Assembly: GCA_030390025.1 (NCBI GenBank)
Contig: CM059431.1
Span: 134,604,001-134,668,000, forward strand
Direction of reading: 5' to 3'
Source of the DNA: Squalus acanthias
Taxonomy: Eukaryota
Length of the DNA stretch: 64,000 nt
Position 1 is the first letter of the stretch; each line of letters begins with the position of its first letter. Both the position numbers and the translations under genes were made by a program. This document shows, in pieces, positions 44,987 to 57,019 of this stretch. The notes beneath the pieces were generated by a model that was not told the origin of the DNA, made no database searches, and saw nothing but the letters and a program-made list of their open reading frames with translations.

Positions 44987-47830
44987 ATGGCCACAGTAAA
45001 CAATAATTCTAAAAGGACTAAGAGTGTTAAAAAAACAAGCCTGAAGGCTTTGTGTCTTAATGCGAGGAGCATTCGTAATAAGGTGGATGAATTAGCTATG
45101 CAAATAGATGTAAATGGATATGATATAATTGGGATTACGGAGACATGGCTCCAGGGTGACCAAGGCTGGGAATTCAATATTCAGGAAGGACAGAAAAAAG
45201 GAAAAGGAGGTGGGGTAGCATTGCTGGTTAAAGAGGAGATTAACGCAATAGTAAGGAAGGATATTAGCTCTGATGATGTGGTATCTGTATGGGTAGAGCT
45301 GAGAAATACCAAGGGGCAGAAAACGTTAGTGGGAGTTGTATACTGACCCCCAAACAGTAATGCTGAGGTTGGGGATGGCATTAAACGGGAAATTAGAGAC
45401 GCGTGCAATAAGGGCACAGCAGTTATCATGGGTGACTTTAATCTACATATAGATTGGGCTAACCAAATTAGTAACAATACTGTGGAGGAGGAATTCCTAG
45501 AGTGTATACAGGATGTTTTCCTGGACCAATATGTCGAGGAGCCAACTAGAGATCAGGCCATCTTAGACTGGGTATTATGTAATGAGAAAGGATTAATTAG
45601 CAATCTTGTTGTGCAAGGCCCCTTGGGGAGGAGCGATCATAATATGATAGAATTCTTCATTAAGATGGAGAGTGAAGTAGTTGACTCAGAGACTAGGGTC
45701 CTGAATTTAAATAAAGGAAACTACGATGGTATGAGGCGCGAGTTGGCTAGGATGGATTGGGGAACGTTACTTAAAGGGTTGACGGTGGATAGGCAATGGC
45801 AAACATTTAAAGATCGCATGGATGAACTACAGAATTTGTTCATCCCTGTTTGGCATAAAAATAAAACAAAAAAGGTGACTCAACCGTGGCTAACAAGGGA
45901 AATTAGGGATAGCATAAGATCCAAGGAGAGGACATATAAATTTGCCAGAAAAAGCAGCAAACCTGAGGATTGGGAGCAGTTTAGGATTCAGCAAAGGAGG
46001 ACAAAGGGATTAATTAAGAGGGGGAAAATAGAGTATGAGAGTAAGTTTTCAGGGAACATAAAAACTGACTGTAAAAGCTTCTATAGATATGTGAAGAGAA
46101 AAAAATTGGTGAAGTCAAGCGTAGGTCCCTTGCAGTCAGAATCAGGGGAATTTATAACAGGAAACAAAGAAATGGCCGACCAATTAAATACATACTTTGG
46201 TTCTGTCTTCACAAAGGAGGACACAAATAAACTCCCAGAGATGTCGGGGAACATAGGGTCTAATGAGAGGGAGGAATTGACTGAAATCAGTATTTGTAGG
46301 GAAATGGTGTTCGGGAAATTGACGGGATTGAAGGCCGATAAATCCCCAGGGCCTGATAATCTACATCCTAGGGTACTTAAGGAAGTGACCTTAGAAATAG
46401 TAGATGCATTGCTGGTCATCTTTCAAAATTCTATAGACACTGGAACAGTTCCCATGGATTGGAGGGTAGCTAATGTAACCCCACTATTTAAAAAAGGTGG
46501 TAGAGAAAAAACGGGGAATTATAGACCGGTAAGCCTGACATCGGTAGTGGGCAAAATGCTAGAGTCCATTATAAAAAATGTAATAGCAGAGCACTTGGAA
46601 AACAGTGACAGGATCGGACAAAGTCAACATGGACTTACAAAAGGTAAATCATGCTTGACTAATCTACTGGAATTTTTTGAGGATGTAACTGGTAGAATAG
46701 ATAAGGGAGAACCAGTGGATGTGGTGTATTTGGACTTTCAGAAGGCTTTCGATAAGGTCCTGCATAAGAGATTAGCGTGCAAAGTTAAAGCACATGGGAT
46801 TGGGGGTAAGGTACTGATTTGGATAGAGAACTGGTTGGCAGACAGGAAGCAAAGAGTTGGAATAAATGGGTCTTTTTCCGAGTGGCAGGCAGTGACTAGT
46901 GGGGTACCGCAGGGATCGGTGCTAGGACCCCAGCTATTCACAATATATATTAATGATCTAGACGAGGGAACTAGATGTAATATCTCTAAGTTTGCAGACG
47001 ACACAAAGCTGGGTGGGCGTGTGTGCTGTGAGGAGGATGCAGAGAAACTCCAGTATGATTTGGACAGGTTGGGTGATTGGGCAGATGCATGGCAGATGCA
47101 GTATAATGTGAATAAATGCAAGGTTATCCACTTTGGTGGCAAAAACAGGAAGAAAGATTATTATCTGAATGGCAATAGATTGGGAAAAGGGGAAGTGCAA
47201 CGAGATCTGGGGGTCCTTGTGCACCAGTCGCTGAAGGTAAGCATGCAGGTGCAGCAGACGGTTAAGAAGGCAAATGGTATGCTGGCCTTCATAGCGAGAG
47301 GATTTGAGTACAGGAGCAAGGATGTCTTGCTGCAGTTGTACAAGGCCTTGGTGAGACCACACCTTGAGTATTGTGTGCAGTTTTGGTCGCCTTATCTGAG
47401 GAAGGATGTTCTTGCCATGGAGGGAGTGCAGCGAAGATTCACCAGACTGATACCTGGGATGGCAGGAATGACGTATGAAGAGAGATTGGGTCGATTAGGC
47501 TTATATTCGCTAGAGTTTAGAAGAATGAGAGGGGATCTCATTGAAACTTATAAAATTCTAACAGGACTAGACAGACTAGATGCAGGAAGGATATTCCCGA
47601 TGGCGGGGGAGTCCAGAACCAGAGGTCACAGTCTAAGGATAAGGGGTAAGCCATTTAGGACTGAGATGAGGAGGAATTTCTTCACCCAGAGAGTGGTGAA
47701 CCTGTGAAATTCTCTACCACAGAAGGCAGTTGAGGCCAATTTATTAAATATATTCTAGAAGGAGATAGATATATTTCTTAAGGCTAAAGGGATCAAGGGA
47801 TATGGGGAGAAAGCAGGGACAGGGTACTGA
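44987..47830 (+). pseudogene. CR1 ORF2 endonuclease/reverse transcriptase with few lesions
   Basis: LNARS, GITETW, MGDFN, SDHN, GVPQGSVLGP, KFADD; 759-aa open stretch; premature stops at 45344 and 47705. Confidence 0.92.
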
Positions 47831-48547
47831 ATTTGGATGATCAGCCATGATCTCATTAAATGGCGGAGCAGGCTCGAGGGGCCGAATGGCCTACTCCTGC
47901 TCCTATCTTCTATCCTTCTATTCCAGCTATATTATTAATTCCAACATTTTCCTTTGATATTTGCAAAATCTGTGCCCTCAATTGGACTTAGTATATAAAC
48001 ACCACTACAGGGACTAGTCGTTTGTAAATTGTTGTTGAATTGAAGTTTAATACCTGCACACCACCTTCCTGTTCCCTTCAAAATTGAAGAATAGCATCTG
48101 CAAGTAAACTAACATTCTAGTACTAATGTGAAGTCAGCTTGGAGACCAGTAGATGTGCTCCTCTGAGAACAGAATGAAAATTGGGCATTGAGTTGAAATG
48201 TTTTGTGAGACGTGGCTCCCAGCAGGGAGTTTCGCTCACTGGGAATGTGGATTGGAGAATCTCATGTGGAAGTTTGTGTGCCTGATTTTAAGCACTCTGA
48301 TTTTCTTGTCAATAACAAACCTATCTCTGATTAAGCCCTCCTGGCTCAGGCTCTAAATTAGGTGGTACTGTTCTCCACAGTACCATTTGCCCGAGGCCTC
48401 TAAATATTGGCTTTCAGCCTGATGACTGCCACCTCACCAACTCCTCAACTCCCCTCCCCCCAGCTCCTAGCCCAGATGTCTCCTCCCACTTGTGAGTCAT
48501 TAAGATGGCAAATGGCACCTGTAACCAGCCAGTAAATCTGAGCATAT

Positions 48548-48645
48548 CCTCCTGGTCTGGTGCCCCTTCACCCTTCCCCTCTCCTTCCTACAGCCTCCTG
48601 GTCTGGTGCCCTTCACCCTTCCCCTCTCCTTCCTACAGCCTCCTG
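48548..48645. repeat. Tandem duplication of a 45-46-bp pyrimidine-rich unit
   Basis: CCTCCTGGTCTGGTGCCC(C)TTCACCCTTCCCCTCTCCTTCCTACAG x2. Confidence 0.85.
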
Positions 48646-49028
48646 CCTCGAGTGCTTCTGCCTGCTTGCCCTTAATCAGTTCCTTCCCCCTCCTTCCACC
48701 TCCAAACCAGCAGCCCACATTCACCACTGGAAAATGCAGCCTCTGCCTAGATCCCTCCCGCTCACCCACAAGAACACGTATGTTTTGTTTTCAGTATCTC
48801 CTTTAATAATTGAAAAAATTACACATTTGTACATTTTTCTTTGCAGACTGGTCTCATCATTCAAAAGGACAAAAGTCCTCACATCTAATTATAATCTTCA
48901 CATTTATCAAATTACACCAAAACCCACGCACAATTGTAGTAAAAGTCCACATACTAAATTGTGACAAATTCACTGCTGTCATGAATTTCACTGTAGGGTA
49001 CCCATTTTGGAGAGAAGCTGAAGTCATT

Positions 49029-49770
49029 GGGCCAAAAATTCATCCTGCTGCGCGAGAGTACGCACTGCGTACTCTCGCGTATTCTCTCTCCAATTGCCGG
49101 TTTTCTGCATGCCCTGCGCATGCGCTGAAAACCGGCACTTGGTCTTTTGAAAATAGGGCGGTTCCTCGGTGCATCGCGTGCGCGCTGCAGGCTGCGCGCA
49201 CGCTGTGCACTTCGTGCTTTGGACGCGCAGGTAAGGACGGAAGATTTTAGAAATGGAAAAAGGAGGAGTAAGACCCACTTTTAACAAGGTAAGTAGTGAA
49301 TTAAGTATTTTTTTGAATTTTTTTTAACAGGTATATCTTTTTTAGAGACTTTAAAGACAGGTAAGTTTATTTTTATAACTTTTTAAAAGATTTTAAATTT
49401 TTTCAAAAATTTAATTTTTTATTTAAAATTGTTAATTTATTTAACTATACTTATTTTATTAATGTGATGGTCTTTTTTAAATTTAATTGAGGTTCAGCTG
49501 TTATTTTGGGGGGGTGTAAGATTCATAGATTTCACAGCACGTATGTGAAACTTATGAATGGAAGATGGTGTGCTGCCATTGGCTCTAACTGAGTCACGTG
49601 ATCCCACAGCTCGCACGAATTCACTACGCCGGTGGGATACGCAAGCACTGCCCAGCTGATGTCTGGAACATCAAGTTCGTGCGAGCTGGATCTGAAAAAG
49701 CCAACGCGGAGTGAGAGATCGCGGGGAAGCCTTACCCCCGCGGGAACAGAGCGAGATCAATTTCTGGCCC
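49029..49770. mobile_element. Harbinger-type MITE, same family as 9063-9827
   Basis: Termini GGGCCAAAAATT and AATTTCTGGCCC; TSD ATT. Confidence 0.87.
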
Positions 49771-50482
49771 ATTAGGTCACATCTGGCAGAAATCCACTGA
49801 AGCACTAAAGTACTTTTAGTTAGGACATGAGTCAAAAAATTATACATTGACTGACGATCCCATTGCATAAATTTTAAGGTTTCAGGGACTTGAAGACCGT
49901 GAAGATAAGTTACTTACTGAAAATATTGCGGTTCTAATTTTCTGGTTTCCAATAAATACAGTAGTCAGATCCCAAATACTACAAAGCTCATAGTGCACTT
50001 CCTCCCAAACCTTTGGAGCTGTATATCTCCATCGATGTGAAGGACTATTTTCCGAGGAATTCTTTCCAAAATCCCCACTTTGGGGAATCAGTGACTTACA
50101 GATCAAAAATCTTGCTTTATAACATATTGTACCACAACACCAATTACCAGCCTTGCAGGTGTCTACTAGACAATGAACATTAAAACCTATTTATTGTACC
50201 AAACAGGAGCTAAATTAATCCATAATTCAGCTCACTTTTGTCATTACAAATAGCACACTTTGCACAATTTGACATTTACAAAATAGAACTTTTCTGAAAG
50301 TCGGTGTTGTGAATGCATCCTTGAGTTTCCTCTCCCATCACCGTAAACAGCAGGAAAGCTAAAAGTGAAGGCAGCTCTAGCCAAATATCATGGCCATGTT
50401 GGCACTACTCCCTGAAGCCCTTCCAGTCTCCCTGTACTGGAACTGCAGGTGTTTCATTCACACATACATAGTATTCCATCGT

Positions 50483-51540
50483 AACTACAGCACAGAAACA
50501 GGCCATTCGGCCCAACCGGTCCATACCGGTGCTTATGCTCCCACCCCTCTTGATCTAACCCCATCAACATATCCTTCTATTACTTTCTCACTCATGTGTT
50601 TATCTAGCATCCCCTTAAATGCATCTATGCTAGTCGCCTCAACTGCTCCTTGGGGTAGCGAGTTCCACATTCTAACCACTCTTAAATTACCTATATGATT
50701 TATTAATGACGATCTTATATTTATGGCTCCTAGTTCTGGTCTCCGCAGCAAGTGAAAACATCTTCTCTACGTCTACCCAATCAAATCCTTTGATAGACCT
50801 CTATCATGTCGCCCCTCAGTCTTCTCTTTTCCAGAGAAAAGAGCCCCAGCCTGTTCAATCTTTCCTGATGGGTACATCCTCGCAGTTCTGACATCATCCT
50901 TGTAAATCTTTTTTGCACCTTCTCAAGTACCTCTATATCCCTTTTATAAGGAGACCAGAACTGTGCTCCAAGTGTGGTCTAACTAAGGTTCTATACAAAT
51001 TTAGCATAACTTCTTTTCAATTCGATCCCTCTAGAAATGAACCCCAATGTTTGGTTTGCTTTTCTTTTTAATAGCCTTATTAACCTGCGTTGCTACTATT
51101 AGTAATTTGTGTATCTGTACCCCCAGATCCCTCTGCTCCTCTACCTTATTTAGACACTTATTTTCCAAAGAGTATGTGGCCTCCTTATTCTTCCTACCAA
51201 AATGTACCACCGTACACTCATTTATATTGAAGTTCATTTGCCAATTATATGCCCATTCTGCAAGTTTATTAATGTCTTCCTGTATTTTGTCACAGCCCTC
51301 CTCTCTATTAACTATACCCCCCAATTTGGTATCGTCCGCAAATTTTGAAATTGTATTTCCAGTTCCAGAGTCCAAATTGTTTATGTAAATGGTGAACAAT
51401 AGTGGTCCCAGCTCTGATTGTTGTGGAATACCACTTCCCACCTTTTGTCAGTCTGAGCAGCTACCTTTAAACCCCTACTCTGCTTTCTGTTTTGTAGCCA
51501 GCTTGCTATCCATTCTGCTACTTGTCCCCTGAATCCACAT
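50483..51540 (-). mobile_element. Degenerate CR1 3' portion
   Basis: SGIPQQSELGPLLF..KFADDTKLGG; 3' UTR hairpin. Confidence 0.85.
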
Positions 51541-51857
51541 AGCAGTATAGTACGTGCCAATGATGGGAGAAATCTGGAAGAAAACTTAAAAATTAATCTA
51601 AGCTGATGTCTACACATGCAGCATTCTAGTGTATGTGTATATTTTTCACATTTTAATGCAGGACTTCAGCTGGTTAGATGTTTGCCCTCTTGCATGCAAA
51701 ACCACCGTGAACTATCAATGGGTCATATTTCATCAGCAGGAGGGTAAAATCTCAGATTTCTGAAGAGATCTGAAAACTAGAATAGATAATGCCATCCGAC
51801 TGTGATCTAAATAACTTGATCTACCTCTCTGTACTGGGTGTACCATACTATTATTGT

Positions 51858-52193
51858 GAAAGCTTGTGCTTTCAAATAAAACTGTTGGACTATAACTTGG
51901 TGTTGTGCGACTTCTCACTTTTATACTATTATTGAGCTCTGCTAGAATATTCTTCTTTCTCATTATGCACTAAGAAATCAGCTTTATTCACCAGATTTAA
52001 AAGCATGCTCTTTGTTTGTTGATGAATGGTATCTCATCACTGCAGATATCCCCACCTCAACTAATGTTCTAATTATACTGTATCATACCGAACCTCTTCT
52101 GGTAGTAATGTGAAGTCGCACAACACCAGGTTATAGTCCAACAAATTTATTTAAAATTACAAGCTTTCGGAGCTGTCTCCCCTTCCTCAGGTA
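51858..52193. mobile_element. Two inverted PLE terminal fragments (51858-51921 on +, 52110-52193 on -); the latter has a hammerhead-like motif at 52158-52193
   Basis: Same sequence as the arms at 37606-37758; minus strand UAC-CUGAGGA-A-GGGG-AGACAG-CUCC-GAAA-GC-UU-GUA. Confidence 0.7.
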
Positions 52194-52659
52194 GAGTTAC
52201 TGTGAGACAATCTACCAGAATTCACAGAATATAAACACCCGTAGTAATGTAGGCACACAATGCAGAGATAAACTGCCCACTTGCAACACACTGGGTGATT
52301 TTAGATTGCAAATTTTGGACTCTCCCACAAGTGTATCATAGCTAGCTGAGAGTTGGCGTCACCACGTTAATATCATAACACCAGATGTACAAATGCTCTT
52401 AAATATACAGAACAGATAAAGAGAAAATAGTAGAGTTATTAGAAAAAAAAGTAATACAATATGTTGTGGAGTTGCGACAGTTTTTGCAATTTTGATTGAA
52501 ACCAAATTGCTGACAGTGACATTCTAAATGCAATTAAGCACTAGTAATTTTCAATCAGTTCTTCTTGTTGATCTCATGATTAGTATCAAATCTACATGGC
52601 TGAAATATCAAAAGGGATTTAGAACAAAATTTGATGTTAATGCAGTGAAGAAACACGCT

Positions 52660-55600
52660 GGCCAGAATCTTCCCCTAAAAAAACGGGTGGGTTTGGAGTG
52701 TGGGAACAGTTAAATTGTAAAAATAGGATTCCCGCCTCCAACCCACCCACTTCTGGTTTTAATGGGGGCAGGCAGCCAACCCGCTCCCGGGAGGCGGCAC
52801 TTCATTTAAATATTGTAATGAGGCTGGAAGCCTCTTTTTCCCCCTCCATTTTGAATTTAACTGTATGTGGACGGGTTTCACACAATTCGTAAAACCCGGC
52901 AGTTAAACTGAGGCGGGGACTGCTGGGTCCAGGAGGTAAGTGGTCTTATACCTACCTCCTGGGATCCAGTGTCCTTACCTAACCCAACCTCCCGCAATCG
53001 GAGACCCCCTCATGAGGCCTCCGATCACCCCCCCCACCCCAGGCCACCGATCCCAACCATGAGGCCGGTCACAATCCTCTGGTGGCCGGCCCGGATCCTC
53101 TCTCCCCCTCTGCTGATGCTCCGGCCGACCCCCCCCCCCGCCGTCGACCCTCTGTGAACACTGACCCCACCTCCCGATCCCTGACCTAGCCCGTGTCGAT
53201 CCCCAACCACTCCCCGCCGACCCCGATCCCCAACCACTCCCCGCCGACCCCGATCCCCAACCACTCCCCGCCGACCCCGATCCCCAACCACTCCCCGCCG
53301 ACACCCGATCCCCAACCACTCCCCGCCGACACCCGATCCCCGCCGACACCCGATCCCCGCCGACACCCGATCCCCACCGACACCCGATCCCCGCCGACAC
53401 CCGATCCCCGCCGACACCCGATCCCCACCGACACCCGATCCCCAGCCGACCCCGATCCCCAGCCGACCCCCGCCGATCCCGATCCCCGCCGACACCCGAT
53501 CCCCAGCCGACCCCACCTCCCGATCTCTGACCTAGCCCGTGTCGATCCCCAACCACTCCCCGCCGACACCCGACCCCCGCCGACACCCGATCCCCACCGA
53601 CACCCGATCCCCAACCACTCCCCGCCGACACCCGATCCCCGCCGACACCCGATCCCCAGCCGACCCCCGCCGACACCCGATCCCCAGCCGACCCCCGCCG
53701 ACACCCGATCCCCAGCCGACCCCCGCCGACACCCGATCCCCAACCACTCCCCGCCGACACCCGATCCCCGCCGACACCCGATCCCCATCCGACCCCCGCC
53801 GACACCCGATCCCCAGCCGACCCCCGCCGACACCCGATCCCCAGCCGACCCCCGCCGACACCCGATCCCCAACCACTCCCCGCCGACACCCGATCCCCAA
53901 CCACTCCCCGCCGACACCCGATCCCCAACCACTCCCCGCCGACACCCGATCCCCACCGACACCCGATCCCCACCGACACCCGATCCCCAACCACTCCCCG
54001 CCGACACCCGATCCCCACCGACACCCGATCCCCAACCACTCCCCGCCGACACCCGATCCCCAGCCGACCCCCCACCCGATCCCCAACCACTCCCCGCCGA
54101 CACCCGATCCCCGCCGACACCCGATCCCCACCGACACCCGATCCCCAACCACTCCCCGCCGACACCCGATCCCCGCCGACACCCGATCCCCACCGACACC
54201 CGATCCCCAACCACTCCCCGCCGACACCCGATCCCCAACCACTCCCCGCCGACACCCGATCCCCCGCCGACACCCGATCCCCCGCCGACACCCGATCCCC
54301 AGCCGACCCCACCCCCGATCCCCAACCACTCCCCGCCGACACCCGATCCCCAACCACTCCCCGCCGACACCCGATCCCCAACCACTCCCCGCCGACACCC
54401 GATCCCCCGCCGACACCCGATCCCCCGCCGACACCCGATCCCCAGCCGACCCCACCCCCGATCCCCAACCACTCCCCGCCGACACCCGATCCCCAACCAC
54501 TCCCCGCCGACACCCGATCCCCAGCCGACACCCGATCCCCAGCCGACCCCCGCCGACACCCGATCCCCAACCACTCCCCGCCGACACCCGATCCCCAACC
54601 ACTCCCCGCCGACACCCGATCCCCAACCACTCCCCGCCGACACCCGATCCCCGCCGACACCCGATCCCCGCCGACACCCGATCCCCGCCGACACCCGACC
54701 CCCGCCGACACCCGATCCCCGCCGACACCCGATCCCCGCCGACACCCGACCCCCGCCGACACCCGATCCCCGCCGACACCCGATCCCCGCCGACACCCGA
54801 CCCCCGCCGACACCCGATCCCCGCCGACACCCGACCCCCGCCGACACCCGATCCCCGCCGACACCCGACCCCCGCCGACACCCGATCCCCGCCGACACCC
54901 GATCCCCGCCGACACCCGATCCCCAGCCGACCCCCGCCGACACCCGATCCCCAGCCGACCCCGATCCCCAGCCGACCCCGATATCCAGCCGACACCCCCC
55001 CGATCCCGATCCCCAGCCGACCCCCCCGATCCCCAGCCGACCCCCCCGATCCCGATCACCAGCCGACCCCCCCCGATCCCGATCCCCAGCCGACCCCACC
55101 CCCGATCCCGATCCCCAGCCGACCCCCCCGACCCTGATCACCAGCCGACCCCCCCGATCACCAGCCAACCCCCCCAGATACCGACCACCAGCCGACCCTC
55201 CCCCCGATCCCGATCACCAGCCGACCCCCCCCGACCCTGATCACCAGCCGACCCCCCCGATCACCAGCCAACCCCCCCAGATACCGACCACCAGCCGACC
55301 CTCCCCCCGATCCCGATCACCAGCCGACCCCCCCCGACCCTGATCACCAGCCGACCCCCCCGATCACCAGCCAACCCCCCCAGATACCGACCACCAGCCG
55401 ACCCTCCCCCCGATCCCGATCACCAGCCGACCTCCACCCCTTGCCAATCACCGACCCCCCCCCCCCCACCCGCCCCGCACTGATCCCCGACCATGCCGAA
55501 CCCGCGATCCCTCCCCCGGACTGACCCCTTGCATCTGAGGCCTACCCGCCCGCATGCAGCCAGTCAGCCTCTCAATCTGGTTGGCTGCGGGCGGGAATCC

Positions 55601-55722
55601 GAGGCCTCACATTCAAATCAGACTCTGCTGTTAAAGTCGGCATGGCCTGCAGGAAACCCGGACACCCGCCCGCCTCGGAGGTCCCCCGCCCCCAACCCGC
55701 CTACCTGGAGAAAATTCTGGCC
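52660..55722. mobile_element. Harbinger-type MITE inflated to 3 kb by an internal minisatellite
   Basis: Termini GGCCAGAATCTTCC and GGAGAAAATTCTGGCC; TSD GCT. Confidence 0.85.
53170..55435. repeat. C-rich, CpG-rich compound minisatellite
   Basis: 17-bp CCGACACCCGATCCCCG and 28-bp variants (..CCCCAACCACTCCCCG, ..CCCCAGCCGACCCCCG); about 100-bp unit x3 at 55130-55430. Confidence 0.95.
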
Positions 55723-55814
55723 GCTGTCTTCACATCAAGCATACAGCATCACTGAGAAATAAGTTTAGCTGAACAACTCCTTTGATGAGTTTGCTGGATA
55801 AGGATGTGAGGAGC

Positions 55815-56040
55815 TTAGCCTTGCAGACTAAGAAGGCCCTAGGTTGAACCACCAGTCTGTACTGCATTAGCTGATCTCAGTTGGGGCTGCAGTAGAGATA
55901 TTACAATTGGCTTTAGCACTCCTGCGTTGGGCAGGGTAAAATCACCCCTCCTTACAGTTATCCAGAAACCGCTGCTGAAATTGCCCATCAACATCAGATG
56001 AAGACAGGTTCAAGTTGAGCTGTGATGCTTTCGTCCGCAT
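55815..56040 (+). mobile_element. Old SINE-like repeat
   Basis: Similar to 14565-14720. Confidence 0.4.
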
Positions 56041-56119
56041 CTCCCACCCACTTCACAAATGAAAAGCCAGTCAACACGTGAACAATTGCCAGTTGGTTGA
56101 AAGTACCATCAGGGTGACT

Positions 56120-56202
56120 ATCACTTGTGGAACTGTACCCTAGCAATGGATCCCTGCCATCACTTGTGGAACTGTACCCTAGCAATGGAACCCTGCCATC
56201 AC
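56120..56202. repeat. 39-bp tandem duplication
   Basis: ATCACTTGTGGAACTGTACCCTAGCAATGGAWCCCTGCC x2. Confidence 0.9.
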
Positions 56203-57019
56203 CAGAGGAGGCCAGGAGGAGAGAAAACTGGCAGGAAAAGAAAGACAGGCTGATCATTGTCTAATTACAAAACGACATGAACATTAACCAAAATATTCGA
56301 GTTCCAGGCAGTTTGTTTTGCTAAGACAATTCTTGCTGTACACTATCATTCTTTTAATGGGCACCTGACCCAGTCAAACTGGTTAACTATGAGGAGTTAG
56401 TCAGGGCAGTTCCCATGCAATGTTAAATACTTATGCTGTATGAAAACTAATCCATCCCAAAATATGTCCAGGTGACCACCACCCCAACAGATAGGATTCA
56501 GCAGGCTGCACAGTTTGTGAGGTTGCTGTACAACAGAACTGGAAGCTAACAGCCAAGCAACTAATATTGATAAAAACCATGCCTCCGGATGAAAAGTAAA
56601 TACCAAAATTTAATATACTGAAAAATAAATTCTTCTCGTAGATAATCTACCCCAAGATGTACATGTAAAAACACTATAGATATTGAACAAATATCCCATT
56701 CATAACTGAACTGTAAATTTACATTTACTGTTAATTTGCATCAATATTACAGAAAGTGGTAAGGTATAAACAATGTAGAGTTATTTATTCAGGTTGCATT
56801 TTGGAGCTCGTGATAGAGTTTTTTGAGGCTCTGAAGCAAGAAATTTACTTCAGGCTACTGTATATCCTGCTGATTTCAGCTAGAAATCAAAGCTCAGCCC
56901 ATATGTCATGTAGGTCATTTTCTCGCTTCTCTAAAAGCACAAAATCCAGCGATACGCTCGATGTATCTTTGATCTATTCTAAACTTTGGCCCTGATATTA
57001 ATCTGAAGGCGGCTTCCAA

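Larger units (their letters stand above)
43500..47921 (+). mobile_element. Near full-length CR1 LINE (5' boundary approximate)
   Basis: 5' UTR, ORF1, ORF2 (APE endonuclease and RT), 3' hairpin and short tail. Confidence 0.93.

Noticed and set aside
45428..47707. Active CR1 reverse transcriptase or retron-like system
   Set aside because: Ordinary CR1 ORF2 with premature stops, an endonuclease deletion and a broken ORF1.
48054..48097. 44-nt minus-strand segment with AG/GT boundaries as a candidate UGGT2 exon
   Set aside because: No resemblance to the expected upstream UGGT peptide, and the phase 1 reading hits a stop.
52975..55343. Long ORFs of 487-716 aa on both strands
   Set aside because: They are translations of a stop-poor minisatellite, open in several frames at once, with no domain content.
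53170..55435. CRISPR-like array
   Set aside because: No unique spacers, no cas genes, vertebrate intron context; it is a tandem repeat.
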